Assembly: GCA_964016885.1 (NCBI GenBank)
Contig: OZ024741.1
Span: forward strand, 55,986,001 to 56,050,000
Reading direction: 5' to 3'
DNA: 64,000 nucleotides
From: Eledone cirrhosa
Lineage: Eukaryota
A program made the translations under genes and the position numbers. Positions 12,901 to 26,524 of the stretch are shown piece after piece (position 1 is the stretch's first letter; every line of letters begins with the position of its first letter). Below the pieces are notes generated by a model, which was not told the origin of the DNA, did not search any database, and saw only the letters and a list, made by a program, of their open reading frames with translations.

Positions 12901-15660
12901 TATCAGGGTTTAACTGGGTTAAATAACAACAAACAATACATAATGAACTAATGAGGGAGCCTCTATGTAGTCCCATGACTTGCTAGAAATAGATACTCGA
13001 TAAGTTGTCTCATCTAGTATATCTATGATCAAATTCTTTCCAGCCATCATCATCCTGTAACCATTTCTTTCTCTCTCACTCTATTTCTTGTATGTATGTA
13101 TGTGCATATGTATCATCATCACTGTTTAATGTCTTTTTTCCATGTTTGCATGGGTTAGATGGTTGTCTTATTCTGAAGCTTGACTGGTCAGGTCACCACA
13201 TCTTGCTTTATACAATCTGTTTTTGGCTTGGTTTCAACAGCTGGATACCCTTCCTAATGTTAACCACTAATAGCATGTATTGGGAGCATTCTATCACGAC
13301 TCTGGCACTACTACCTTACAGGATGGATTGGGTGCTTTTTGTCGTGGCACCAGCACTACTATCATACTGGGTGTCTTGTTGTGACACCAGTACTACTGTT
13401 TTACAGAGTGGACTGGGTGCTTTTTGTCAGGAACGTAAATAATTTAAAAAAGCTACAATTTTAATAAATTTTATGATGAATAAAATAAATTTATTTTTAC
13501 TTTCTTTTTGTTTTAAAAATGTATTAAATATTTCAACAAAAAATACACATAGAGAATAAAGTAAATCTATTTTCACACATCCTTATACAAACCCACATAG
13601 TTTAACTAAAAAATAACTATTTTGAATAACAATAAGTACATCAAAATAGTAACATTTGAAATGTCCTGTGTATATAGATGTAGATAATGTATAATGGTGG
13701 TGCACATAGTATACACGGGACAAGAGATTCCAGAGAGGACTGCCACCAAGAAATCCTACATAATCAGATCACCCTACCTACTGAGGGTAAGTGGCATCTG
13801 TTATTCCTTGGTCCCCGGAACATTCTGACAGTAGAATCATTGATCATAGAATGCTTGCTCCTCATACTGATCTTTTGACAAATTTACTGGAGGACAGCAC
13901 TTCTTTCAGCTTCCTTTCCGAGTGCAAATTGAAGTTAAAGAGAGCTGGGCCAAATGTCCTTAAAGTGAAATATTGTACTGGATCAATTTATTGTTAACAG
14001 TTCTATAAATCTAATCTAGGTATTTGAGGTTGTATGTGTGTGTGTGTGTGTGTGTGTGCGTGTGCGTGCGTGCATATGTATATCTTTATATATATATGTA
14101 TTTATATATGCATGTATGTATATATAGGTTGACCAATCAATTGTTATAATCTAGGTCTATCATTACTACAAGACAGAGCAGGTAGAGACAAGTTGCGAGA
14201 TGTTTCCACCAGCACTGCCTCCAAAACTTATCTTACAGATTATTTGAAATGAGGTTTGTGTGAGTGTGTTAGTGAGGGGGATAGATAGTAATTTGTCTTG
14301 AGATAGATATACATTCCCCCCCTCTACCTGAGACACTTCACCAATTAATAAATGGAACTGTAAATACATTTCTATTGTATAAATCATTATCATCACCGTT
14401 TTAATGTCCATTTTCCATGCTTACATGTGTTAGATGGGTTGTCACATTTTGAAGCTATACTAGTCATGTGGCAACGTTTTTCTCAGTGCCTTATGCCTTC
14501 TTTTTCTCCTCCTTTTTCTTCTAGGGAGGGTTATGGGGGCAGAGTCCTCAGATGTGTCTTTCAGAGTAAAATAATTGATTGATTAATTACTAAACCTTGT
14601 CTTATTTGTTTTCATTGTTCAACACACACATATATATAGCATTATCATCATCATCACTGTTTAACGTCCATGTTTCCATGCTGGCATGGGTTAGATGAGT
14701 TATCCTGTTGTGAGCAATACCAGGTCAGGTGACCATGTCTTGCTCATACAGAACCAATTTTGGCTTGGTTTCTACAGCTGGATGCCCCTCCTAGTTAAAA
14801 AGTGAAGGTGAAAATGCACAGAATTATATTTAAAGATAAGTTTTTCTTTAATCCAACAGAATTTATGATTTTATAATTGTTGCAGTAAATATAACCGGTT
14901 TTGATTGGTTTAACAATATTACATATCAAATACTAAATATTTAAACAAATGTTTTTTCTTTTGTGAGCAGTTCAAAAATGTTAGTTTTCTCTTAAAATAT
15001 GTTCTTTATGGAGGTGGTGTTTAACAGGTCAGGAATTCACTTGGTTAAAAATAGAAAATGTTCTATTCATATATATAAATTAACTTATTCGTGACCATGC
15101 TGAGGTGTGGCCTATAGTTGATGCCAACCCCAGTACTTATTTTATTGATTTTTTTTTTTTTTGTTGAACCACTAAGTTAGGTGACATAGACATGCACAAA
15201 TGCAAATACACACCCACATATATATGACCGATGGGCTTCTGCAGTTTCCATCTACCAAATTCCACCCACAAGGCATTGGTCAACTCAAGTCTATAGTATG
15301 GTTTCTGATTTAAGCACAAGGCTAACAATTTATGGGAGGAGAAAGCCCATTAAATCAACCCCAGTGAGTTACTGGTACTTTCATTTATCGACCCTGTAAG
15401 AATGAAAACTAAGGGTTTAGGCAGAATTATAACATTTTGTTAAATCTCTCCCAAGGTCTTGTGTTATTATTTTTATTTTTACGCTCTTTCCTACATTCCT
15501 CTACACACTATACATCTCATTCTACATTTCCTCTTACATCTCTCTCTTCACCACCGGATTCTGTTACTCATAGATTTACCCATCTGCATTGTTGAGGCTT
15601 CCAAAACGACCAAACATTTTGTTTTATGTATGTTTCACCAAATGTAGGAAATAACAATGG

Positions 15661-15695
<35 letters not shown>

Positions 15696-15701
15696 ATGTA
15701 T

Positions 15702-16480
15702 ATCATCATCATCATCATTCTTCGACTACTGTCGAAATGATGGATCTCACTCTCATGCCCCAGAATTCCCTGTCCCCCATCGCTGCCCCCAAGCCCAGTC
15801 TACTGATTCCCGTATCCCTAGAGATCATTATGATCAGAAACAGGACCCGGGAAAGCAGGGGCTGGACCTATATCAACAGGTATACCATATAGTGTGGCTC
15901 CCTGAGGAACAGGAACCCTGGTGCAGTCAGTTGCGAAATCCATCACCTTTTCAAATAGCTAATAATGTGTGTGGGCGCCACTACTACACACATGTGAAAG
16001 AATTTGGCAGCCAAGTCTTGAAGAAGATGCTTTCTCCTCCATGTGGTGGGTTACCCGGCGCCAGATACCAACCTGGCATTTATACCCTTGCCCTAATTGT
16101 TCGTGTTGCAAGCACTAGAGTAGTCGCTAACCAAAGCTACGGACCCACTCTATCTGTCTGGAGATACGTTGTACTAGCTTACCAGCATACTAGTAGCAGG
16201 AAGTAACGTCAGGGAATGTGACTTTTCCAGCACTGCAGCGCCTTTCGGCGGGTCGTGCTGGTTTTGGATGGCCATTGACTCCAAGAGCTCTAAGAGCTCC
16301 CAGGAGTTCCTTTGCCCTTTGACAGGTTTTGTTTTTAGTCCTGCAGGATGTCCAAAGTCACCCTCCTCACCAAGAAATGTTGGTGGGATTGCCAGTTTAG
16401 TCGCCAACGACCCGACCATGAGACAGGATGTATATAGTGTGGGCAGTACAGTGATTTACTGATGTTGGTACCAAATCAAG
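15702..16480 (-). mobile_element. Probable internally deleted RTE (5' UTR-like segment fused to ORF C-terminus and (GAT)n tail)
   Basis: 15702-15830 encodes ISRDTGIS..LGAAMGDREFW..RVRSIISTVVEE* before (GAT)n; it is joined directly to ~650 bp of GC-richer sequence with no RT motifs. Confidence 0.5.
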
Positions 16481-16517
16481 TGTCAAATATGCACAGGCAG
16501 TGTGTATATAATAGAAA

Positions 16518-16824
16518 AAAGGAGAAAGTTTCGTTTACATATAAAAAATATTTATGTATCGACCTGTTACAGATGTTTCACAGAAAATTGGCTCAAAGTA
16601 ACCTATAGGAGTTATGGCCCCAACTCCAGTACCAATCTGCTCGTCAGACTGGTGATGTGACAACAAAAATGTATTTTTATGTCACATCACCAGTCTGACG
16701 AGCAGTTCGATACTGGAGTCGGGCCCATAATTCCTATGGGTTACCTTGAGCCAATCTTGTGCAAAACGTCTGTAACAGGTCGATACACAAATAAATATTT
16801 TTTATATGTAAACAAAACTTCCTC

Positions 16825-16828
<4 letters not shown>
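16518..16828. mobile_element. Palindromic element with hammerhead-like core
   Basis: ~145 bp imperfect arms centred near 16670; CTGACGAGC at 16695 and GC(A/G)AAACGTC at 16761-16770; TA-rich flanks. Confidence 0.7.
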
Positions 16829-16865
<37 letters not shown>

Positions 16866-17435
16866 TTGCAAGATTCTTGACGTGAAATCATGTTGAAACA
16901 TTGTTATATTTGGGGATGGCCATGTTGCCAATAAAAACAGAAACATGATGACATATATAGGTGAGACAGTCAGTATCATAAGAGAGAGGATGAAGAAACA
17001 CTGGTTAGTGCTATATCAACATACCAAACTTGAACATGATGGCTCAGTAGATCCGATCCACACATAGAACTGACACAACACTCAGACAAATTATGGAGGC
17101 CACACATTTAATAGAGGAAACTGAACCTCAACAGAAAACACAAATGCAACCTAACAAATAAGGTCAGAATAGGACACAAAAATAAACAAAAAAATAACAC
17201 AGAAATATACATACACAAACACATGTGCAGACAGGAAAACCTACCACAGAAGACAAGATTGTACCAGGAGACAAAGAGGCATAGAGGGAAACAAATAGTC
17301 ATTGAGGAGGTCACAGAATGTGTCATGAAAGAATTTTGATGAACTAACTAATAATAATAAATCTCAAGTGAGAATCAAATAATGCGTGTTTTTATTGGTG
17401 ATATTGACATGACCATCTCCAAATATAACAATATA

Positions 17436-18131
17436 TATCATCATCATCACCACCGTTTTACGTCCATTCTTCCATGCTAGCATGGGTTAGCCGGGTTGTC
17501 CTGTTGTAGGTGATGTTAGGTCGGCTGGCCTCGTCTTGCTCATACGGGAACTGAGTCTGGCTTGATTTCTACAGCTGGATGCTCTTCCTAACACCAACCT
17601 CATGTACAGTGAGTGCTGGGTGCTCTTCTTTTTTTGTGGAACCTACACGACCACTTTAGACTGTGGGATGGGTGCTTTTTTGTCGTGACCACTTTGCAGT
17701 GGGAGGGGATATTGTCTATATGCTTCAGCTTGTTCCCATGGGAAGTCGGGTCTTCTGTATTACTGCGTATCGCCAGAGATCACGGTCTTGTGTCATCACT
17801 GTTGAGAGGTGCAATTGGGCAAAGTCGGCTTTTATCACCTCATCCTAGGTCTTCCTGCTATCAACTTTTAGTGATCTGCACCTTTTTATGCAGCTGTCAT
17901 CCTTCATATGCATCACATGTCCATACCAACACATTCTCCTCTCCTGCACACAGCATTTGATTCCTCTTATGCTCAGTCTCTCTCTCAGCTCGCTTATGCT
18001 TTGCCGTTCACGTATATTACTGTTACACATCCATCGGAGCATGCAGGCTTCGTTTCTTTCTAATCTACGCAAGTCCACACAAAGCGCCCAGGTCTCATTA
18101 CCATGTAACATTGCTGTTTGTATGCACGCAT
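17436..18131 (-). mobile_element. 5'-truncated RTE/RTEX LINE
   Basis: MLHGNETW...WYGHVM; 3' UTR matches 20600-20943. Confidence 0.88.
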
Positions 18132-18269
18132 AGAAATGGCTTCTACAGGATTAGAACTGTTTCATTTGAACCCAGGACTCACATGTGTGTGTATATATAT
18201 ATATATATATAATCTTATTCCACACACTCTACCACTCCCCGTCTCATGAACGACATTCTCTGCTTGTTC

Positions 18270-18890
18270 GTCACAATAGTAATTTCTAAAATGGACATAA
18301 GGCCAGCAGTTTTGGCGGAGGAGGAAAGTCAGTTAAATTGATCTCAGTATTTGACTGGTACTTTATTTTATCAATCCTTTCCTTCTCTCGAAACATGAAA
18401 AGCAGGATTTGAACTCAGAACATAATGAGTCAGAATAAAAAATATCCTCAAGGCAATTTGCCACCATTCTAACAATACTACCAATCTGCCGTCCTTACTG
18501 CCAATCTACTGCTTTCATAATAATAATTGTTTCTACTTTTGGCACAAGGCCAGCAAATACCCCAGTGCATTACTGGTGCTTTATTTTATCAACCCCGTAA
18601 GGATGAAAGGCAAAGGTAACTTTGGCGGGATTTGAACTCAGAACATAAAGGGCTGTAACTCAATGCCACGATGTATCTTGTTCAACACTCTACTGATACT
18701 GCTAATCCAACACCCTTTCATAATAATAATAATAATAATAATTGTTTCTACTTTTGGTACAAGGTCAGAAATTTGTGGGAGAGGGAAAGTCGATTAAATC
18801 GACCCCAGTGTGTTACTGGTACTTTATTTGTCGATCCCGTAAAGATGAAAGGCAAAGCTAACCTCAGCGGGATTTGAATTCAGAATGTAA
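18270..18890 (-). mobile_element. Three head-to-tail SINE family A copies
   Basis: Repeated ACTGGT(A/G)CTTTATTT...GGATTTGAA(C/T)TCAGAA units at about 18270-18500, 18520-18718 and 18725-18890, separated by (TAA)n. Confidence 0.75.
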
Positions 18891-19421
18891 ATGATAATAA
18901 TAGAAATAGTAATAATGGCTTCTAATTTAGGTACATGACCTTGGAGACAAATTTAGTTTGGGGTGTGGTGTGTTTCGAATGCATCATGAAGTGTTGTTGC
19001 TTTAGCTCCAAGTCAACCACGAACCAGTATATATTTACCTATGATGAAAGGTGTTCCAACTGTAATGGACATGTCTTTTTAGAAGTACTTGGGGCTACAT
19101 ATGTGAACCCTCTTTTCTTTTTTTCTTAAATAGCTGGTTGTGATTTGTGTGGAGGTTTGGCTTCTGTGTAGCACCTCAAGCAACTGTAATTTGTATGGGA
19201 GTCTATTGTTTGTGGCAGCTTTTTTTGTGTTTGTTCTTATTGTGTGTTTTGTGTAAGCATGTTTTGTGTTGTGGAGGTGGAGCTTGTGTGAATAGTGTAC
19301 AAGTAAGACAAGTTTATGAATTACACACACACATAGTATACATTGTAAAATAGACACACATACACACACATTATATAATATATATATATTGTAAACTAAA
19401 TACACACAATATATATATATA

Positions 19422-20939
19422 TAGCTAAAAGTAAGCCACTCTACCTGGCATTCGTCGATCTCAAGAAAGCCTTTGACAGAGTTCCACATGCTGTAATCTG
19501 GTGGGCTCTTAGAAAACTAGGAGTAGATGAATGGCTTGTGAAAGCTGTACAAGCCATGTATAGGGGAGCAGTCAGCAAAGTTAGGATTAGCAATGAGTAT
19601 AGCGAGGAATTTAGCGTACAGGTTGGTGTCCACCAGGGCTCTGTTCTTAGCCCTCTCCTGTTCATCATAGTCCTGCAGGCAATAACGGAGGAGTTTATGA
19701 CCGGATGCCTATGGGAACTCCTGTATGCTGATGACCTCGCACTTATAGCTGAATCTATGGTAGAACTAGAGAAGAAATTCCAAACTTGGAAGCAGGGACT
19801 AGAAAGAAAGGGTCTCAAAGTCAACATGACAAAGACTAAGGTCCTTGTAAGTAGACAAGAAAACAGAACCCAGATCCCCTCAGGGAAATGGCCATGCTCA
19901 GTATGTAGGAAAGGTGTAGGTAGGAACTCCATTCTTTGCCCCAAATGCAAACAATGGGTACACAAGAGATGTAGCGGGATCTCAGGAAGCTTAATTAAGA
20001 ATGTAGGCTTCACATGCAGCAGCTGTGCTGGGACAGCAAGCAACAAACAGCCACAGGAAACAAGTACCACCAATCTCTGGGAGGGCTCTGTAGAAACAGT
20101 AGACAGCTTCTGCTACCTAGGTGACTGAATTAGCAGCGGAGGTGGGTGTTCAGAAAGTACAATAACTAGAGTAAGAACGGGATGGAAGAGTTCAGAGAAC
20201 TACTGCCACTGCTAGCTGCAAAAGGCTTCTCCCTCAGAATGAAAGGCAGACTGTATGATGCGTATATCCGAACAGCAATGTTACATGGTAGTGAGACCTG
20301 GGCGCTGAAGGTGGAAGACTTACGTTGATTAGAAAGAAACAAAGCCTGCATGCTCCGATGGATGTGTAATAGTAATATACGCGAACGACAAAGCATAAAC
20401 GAATTGAGAGAGAGACTGAGCATAAGAGGAATCAAATGCTGCGTGCAGGAGGGGCGGTTGCGTTGGTATGGACATGTGATGCGTATGAAGGATGACAGCT
20501 GCATAAAAAGGTGCAGAGCACTAGAAGTCAATGGAAACCGTGGAGTGGGGAGACCCAAGAAGACCTGGGATGAGGTGATAAAAGCCGACCTTACCCAATT
20601 GCACCTCTCAAAGGCGATACACACGACCGTGACCTCTGGCGTCACGCAGTAATACAGAGTACCCGACCTCCCATGGGTACAAGCTGAAGCATATAGACAA
20701 TATGCCCCCACACCCTCCCACTGCAAGGTGGTCGTGGAGGTGCTACGGCAAAAAAGCACCCAGCACACTGTAAATGAGGTTGGTGTTAGGAAGCGCATCC
20801 AGCTGTAGAAATCAAGCCAAAATCAGTTCCTGTATGAGCAAGGCATGGTCAGCCGACCAGACACTGCCCACAACAGGACAACCCGTCTAACCCATGCTAG
20901 CATGGAAGAACGGACGTAAAACGACGATGATGATGATGA

Positions 20940-20943
<4 letters not shown>
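19422..20943 (+). mobile_element. 5'-truncated RTE/RTEX LINE
   Basis: AFVDLKKAFD, GVHQGSVLSP, LYADDL, C4HC3 finger, WYGHVMRM; contains stops and a frameshift; (TA)n on both sides. Confidence 0.93.
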
Positions 20944-20980
<37 letters not shown>

Positions 20981-21108
20981 AAAGTTCTATTTAAAGTTGT
21001 TGGGATACAACAAGTAAATATTTTTATAACTGATATAAAGCACTCGACAAATTTTTGGAGTAGACATACGATATTAATAAATGGAAACTATATTTATAAA
21101 ACCATATT

Positions 21109-21173
21109 TATTTCATTATACATATTTCAGGGATACCACATTAAATTATGGTATGCTTTCATCAGACAAAATA
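21109..21173 (-). ncRNA. Minimal type-I hammerhead motif in the inverted pseudo-LTR
   Basis: Reverse complement of 23871-23935 with one stem II substitution. Confidence 0.72.
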
Positions 21174-21350
21174 CAATATATAACAGTTTTACAAATAGGT
21201 TTGACGTACCCTTTAAAATACAACCATTACTTTTGGAGGCTGTCTGGATAGTGATTTGTTTATATAATAAGTCATAGTGTTAAGCACAATTAGAAAAAGA
21301 CGGAGAGAAAGAAAGAGAAAAGAACAAAGGTAGAGAGAGAGAAAGAAAAG

Positions 21351-23255
21351 TGCTTTCCACTTTGATAAATCTAATCTAAATGAAAATGTTTCAAATCTGG
21401 ACAAAATTTTCAAATCTAAAAAAAATCCACCCCCCAACAAACTACTAATGGATTTTGAAAACGATATAGTATCTATCATCCAAGGCATCAAATTCAAGAG
21501 AAACTTCAAAGGCCAGGACTACTTAAGATGTATTAAGGATAATATTGAAAACCTGGAGAAAACAGAGAAAATTTTAGTGAAGTCGGACAAAACTAACAAC
21601 CTTTATGGAGTACAAAAGGACATGTATAACGACCTTATATTGAAAGAACTAAGGAAAAAGTACAAGGTAGCAACTAAGGATGAACTTGAAAAACTTAATA
21701 CAGATGCATCTTGTATAATGCATGAATTAGACATTGAGAATAAAACACAACCCTTCATGCCTAGGAAACCCAAGATCAATATGAAGGATCACAAAAGAAA
21801 CTTTGAAAATGATTTACCAGTCAGATTAATTGCACCATCCAAATCTGACCTGGGAAAACTTAGCAAAAATATTCTAGACAGGGTAATACAACAAATTATA
21901 AACTTACCTAATTTATCTTACTTAAAATTATGGAAAGGGACTGGTGAGGTTATTGATTGGTTTAAAGAAATTAAATATAACTGTAATAATAAGTTTATTC
22001 AGCTGGATATTGCTAACTACTATTCATCTATCACTCCTAATCTACTGAATAAGGCACTAAATTACGCATTTAAACATACTGACCTAACTAGCAATGAAAT
22101 GCACATTATATTATCAGCAAGGAAAACATTGATAGAATTTAATAACCAACTCTGGACTAGAGCAGATAGAAATAATAATTTCGACATAACTATGGGATCA
22201 TCAGACTCAGCTCAGGTAACGGACCTTGTGGGCCTATTTATAATTAATTCGCTACATAGAAAAATACCAGGTGTAACCGGAGGTTTATATCGTGATGACA
22301 TGCTTTTACTTATAGAAGATAATAGCTGTGAACTAAATAGAAAAAGAAAACAAATTATACAATTTTTTAATTACCTTAATCTAAAAATAGAAATAGAGAA
22401 TAAACATAGAATAGTCAATTTTCTTGATGTAACACTAAATCTCAACACATGTCTTCATTATCCATTTCACAAACTAAATGAGAACTTGAATTATGTCAAC
22501 TTTAACTCTAATCACCCCAGATCTGTTAAAAATACTATAGAAGAATTTCAAGAATTTCATCTAATAAAAATATATTTGATGAAAAAGCGCAGTATTACAA
22601 CGAAGCATTAGCTAGAGCTGGATATAGAAATAAAATTAAATACATAGATAATAATAATAATAAGCAAACTAACCAAAATAATAACAATTTCAATTACGGT
22701 AACAACTTTAACAACTATAATAGAAAACATTACAATAATTCCAAAAGCCGAAAAAGAAATAGAACTTGAAATATATTATGGTTTGCTCCCCCTTTCTCAC
22801 TAAATATTAAAACCCCTATTGCTAAACTATTCTTTAAAGCTCTTGACACACGCTTCCCTAGAACACATAAATATCACTCAATTTTTAATAGACACACTAT
22901 AAAATTAACTTACTCGTCCACCAAAAATTTAGCACAAAATATTAATAGAATTAATAATAGGAATTTAAAACCTAACCAAAATACCAATATTAACCCAAAC
23001 AATATTCAATTAAATAACTGTAACTGTAGAAATAAATCTAAATGTCCGTTAAGTAACAACTGCTTAGCTAAAAATGTAGTGTACAATTGTAATGTTAAAA
23101 CTAATTTAAATTCATTTAACTATGTTGGTTCCACCTCTACAGAATTTAAATTTCGCTTCAATAATCATAAGAATTCTTTCACAGATCCAAACAAAAAATC
23201 TTCAACTTCGCTATCTAGCCTACTATGGGACCTAAAACGAGATAATATTAAATAT
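21351..23255 (+). pseudogene. Penelope-like RT / GIY-YIG endonuclease ORF, disrupted
   Basis: VKSDKTNN, KDHK..F....PVRLIAPSKSDLG, QLDIANYYSSI, ITMGS.DSAQVTDLVG, GLYRDD, VNFLDVTL, SNHP; then WFAPPFS, CNCRNKSKCPL, VVY..YVGST..FK.RFNNHK; frameshift near 22540 and an in-frame stop near 22768. Confidence 0.9.
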
Positions 23256-23870
23256 GTATGTATATATACATATATATTTGTATGTCTTTGCATAAAATAC
23301 TAATCTCTATAGCAAGGGTACATTTTGAACTCAGATTTTGGTATATTGATCTCAAGTTTCTAAACTAAACATGTGGTCATTATTGAACAATGTTTAATTT
23401 CTCATATTATATATCTATGTCCCATTCATGAATATTGATACTTATATTTATATTTTTATTATTCATTTCATATAAATTGTTAAGTCAACTTAATGACATG
23501 ACGTAAAGTTGTCACTGTCCCCCTCTCTCTATATAGTATTTCTCTCTCTTGAGTTTCTCTGTCTGTATGATGACTTGATATCTCTGTTGCTTTCCTTTGT
23601 TTTTCTTATTCCTTCCTTTTCTTTCTTTTTTTATTTCCTCCTATCTTTATCTATCTCTATCTTTTCTCCGATATTTCTCCAGGTTTTCTTTCTCTTTTCT
23701 TTCTCTCTCTCTGTCTTTGTTCTTTTCTCTTTCTTTCTCTCTGTCTTTTTCTAATTGTGCTTAACACTATGACTTATTATATAAACAAATCACTATCCAG
23801 ACAGCCTCCAAAAGTAATGGTTGTATTTTAAAGGGTACGTCAAACCTATTTGTAAAACTGTTATATATTG

Positions 23871-23935
23871 TATTTTGTCTGATGAAGGCATACCATAATT
23901 TAATGTGGTATCCCTGAAATATGTATAATGAAATA
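23871..23935 (+). ncRNA. Minimal type-I hammerhead motif in the Penelope 3' pseudo-LTR
   Basis: TATTTTGT-CTGATGA-AGGCATACCATA..TGTGGTATCCCT-GAAA-TATGTA-TA-ATGAAATA; stems I and II pair; predicted cleavage after 23927. Confidence 0.8.
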
Positions 23936-24225
23936 AATATGGTTTTATAAATATAGTTTCCATTTATTCATATCGTATATATATATATATATATATATAG
24001 TCACTCATATATGATGTTATTTTGGGTTGAATTCAACTGTAGACAATGATTTTATATTTTCATGATTGTATAACCAGCACTAAGACATGCTTACACACAT
24101 ACACACAGCTATGTAACCATTGGTACACACCAACTTCACATCACACTTGCCCCCACACATTACCTTACACATACATAGCAATGTAACCATTGATACCTAC
24201 TGAAATCCACTTGCCTGCTTTTACA

Positions 24226-24293
<68 letters not shown>

Positions 24294-24555
24294 TAAATCT
24301 GGTAGGTTTTAAAATATAAATAAAAAAACCAGTTTAAATGTTTGAAATCTCTATGAAACATTGTGTATACATTGTGTTCTGTATATATCATTTAATGTCA
24401 TGTATATACAATGTATATGCTCTGTGCCACATGTAAGTATTCTCAAAGAGTATATATGCATATATATATATTGCTGCTGTGCAATTAGAACTTTAAAAAT
24501 GTGTGTATATGCATATGTATTTGTGTATGTATGTGTGTGTGTATGTATGTATATA

Positions 24556-24600
<45 letters not shown>

Positions 24601-24737
24601 TCATCATCATCATCATCGTTTAACGTCCATGTTCCACGCTTGCATGGGTTTGATATATATGTATATATATATATATATATATGTGTGTATATATATATAT
24701 ATGCACATGTGTGTGTATATATATATGTACATATATA

Positions 24738-24787
<50 letters not shown>

Positions 24788-24849
24788 GTGTGTGTGTATA
24801 TATATATATATATATGTACATATATGTGTGTGTATATATATATGTACAT

Positions 24850-25858
24850 AGATTTTACATGTGGCCGGTGTTCTGGGGCAATAAGTAGCAGCAAGTGCCC
24901 AAAAAATACTAGCTCTTTCAACTGCGCAGAGGGTTCTATAGAAATAGTGGACAGCTTCCGTTACCTGGGTGACAAAATCAGCAGTGGGGGAGGGTGCTCT
25001 GAAAGTACAGTAGCTAGAGTCAGAACAGGGTGGAAAAAGTTCAGAGAGCTCATACCACTATTAGCCGCTAAAGGGTTCTCCCTAAAAATGAAAGGCAGGT
25101 TGTACGATGCCTGCATACGAACAGCAATGTTGCATGGCAGTGAGACCTGGGCATTGTGTGCAGAGGATATACGCAGACTAGAGAGGAACGAAGCTTGCAT
25201 GCTCCGCTGGTTGTGTAATAGTAATATACGTGAACGGCAAAGCATAAACGAACTAAGGAAAAAATTAGAAATAAGAGGGATCAGATGTTGTTTACTCGAA
25301 AGAAGGCTACGTTGGTATGGACACGTGATGAGCATGAAGGACGATAGCTGTATAACAAAGTGCAGGGCAATAAAGATAGACGGTAGCCACGGAGTAGGCA
25401 GACCCAGAAAAACCTGGGACGAGCTGATAAATTCCGAGACCTTTGGCGGTACTCAGTAATAGAGAAGACCCGCCTTACCTAAATACAAAGTAAAACCTAC
25501 TACAGTCAGTAGGCATCTCTAACAAAATACCCCCCCCCCCCCATTCACACCGCCCCTTTCAATGTAAAGTTATGTTGGTGCCACAACATCCAGGCCGAAA
25601 CAAATGAGATCGTGTAGGTGTCACGTCAAAAAAACACACAGTGCACGCTGTAATGTGGCCGTGTAGGCAACACGGTAAAAACCTCCCAGCCCCACACTGT
25701 AAATGTGGTTGGTGTTAGGAAGGGCATCCAGCTGTAGAAAACCCGCCAGACAGTCCTATGCTAGCAAGATAACCACTCTTGCCTCAAGTGGGAAAACCTT
25801 CCGTCCAAACCCATGCAAGCATGGAACACGGACGTTAAACGATGATGATGATGATGAT
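24850..25858 (+). mobile_element. 5'-truncated RTE/RTEX LINE
   Basis: DFTCGRCSG...GRPRKTW, 3' UTR and (GAT)n tail; lies inside a compound TA/TG microsatellite. Confidence 0.92.
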
Positions 25859-25859
25859 A

Positions 25860-25890
<31 letters not shown>

Positions 25891-25915
25891 GTGTGTATAT
25901 ATATGTACATATATA

Positions 25916-25972
<57 letters not shown>

Positions 25973-25987
25973 ATATATATGTACATA

Positions 25988-26034
<47 letters not shown>

Positions 26035-26524
26035 ATATATATGTACATATATATGTGTGTATATATATATATATATGTACATCCAATTGATAATTGGTAC
26101 ACTGTATCCCTGCATGTCATGCATGTTATAGGAGGCAGTTCAAAAGGTAAGTGACAGGAAGAACATCTGGTTTTAAAAGCAAGTCCATGTATTGCATAAG
26201 GCTGACTCAGCTGAAGCCTAATGGCTTTTTTCTTTGCTGTAATGGGGTGAAAGATTTTGAGCCAGCAGAACATGGATTGCCTGAAAACATAATCACCCTG
26301 TCCCTCAATTAATATAGCTCAGCATTAAACATTACCTCAAAAAGATCTCTCTAGTGACTATTATTAGGTCAATCATGGGTCATTCAAGGCTACCATTGAT
26401 AAAAAAAAATAGCCTGAAATTTTTTTTGTGTGTGTGTAATTGTAATGGAATATTTTATTATTTATTTTTGGTAAGGTGTGAAAAGCACAATATGTGCTTG
26501 GTTTTCTTCAATATATATATATAT

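Larger units (their letters stand above)
20978..23977 (+). mobile_element. Penelope-like element, 5'-truncated, with an inverted pseudo-LTR
   Basis: RT plus GIY-YIG coding region; 21067-21350 is the reverse complement of 23695-23977; hammerhead motif in each arm; (TA)n flanks. Confidence 0.92.

Noticed and set aside
16030-16065. HDV-like ribozyme loop (CCACCACATGG) on the minus strand
   Set aside because: No P1/P2 partners could be identified.
24503-25459. 318-aa ORF as an intact gene
   Set aside because: Chance read-through from a microsatellite into a truncated LINE.
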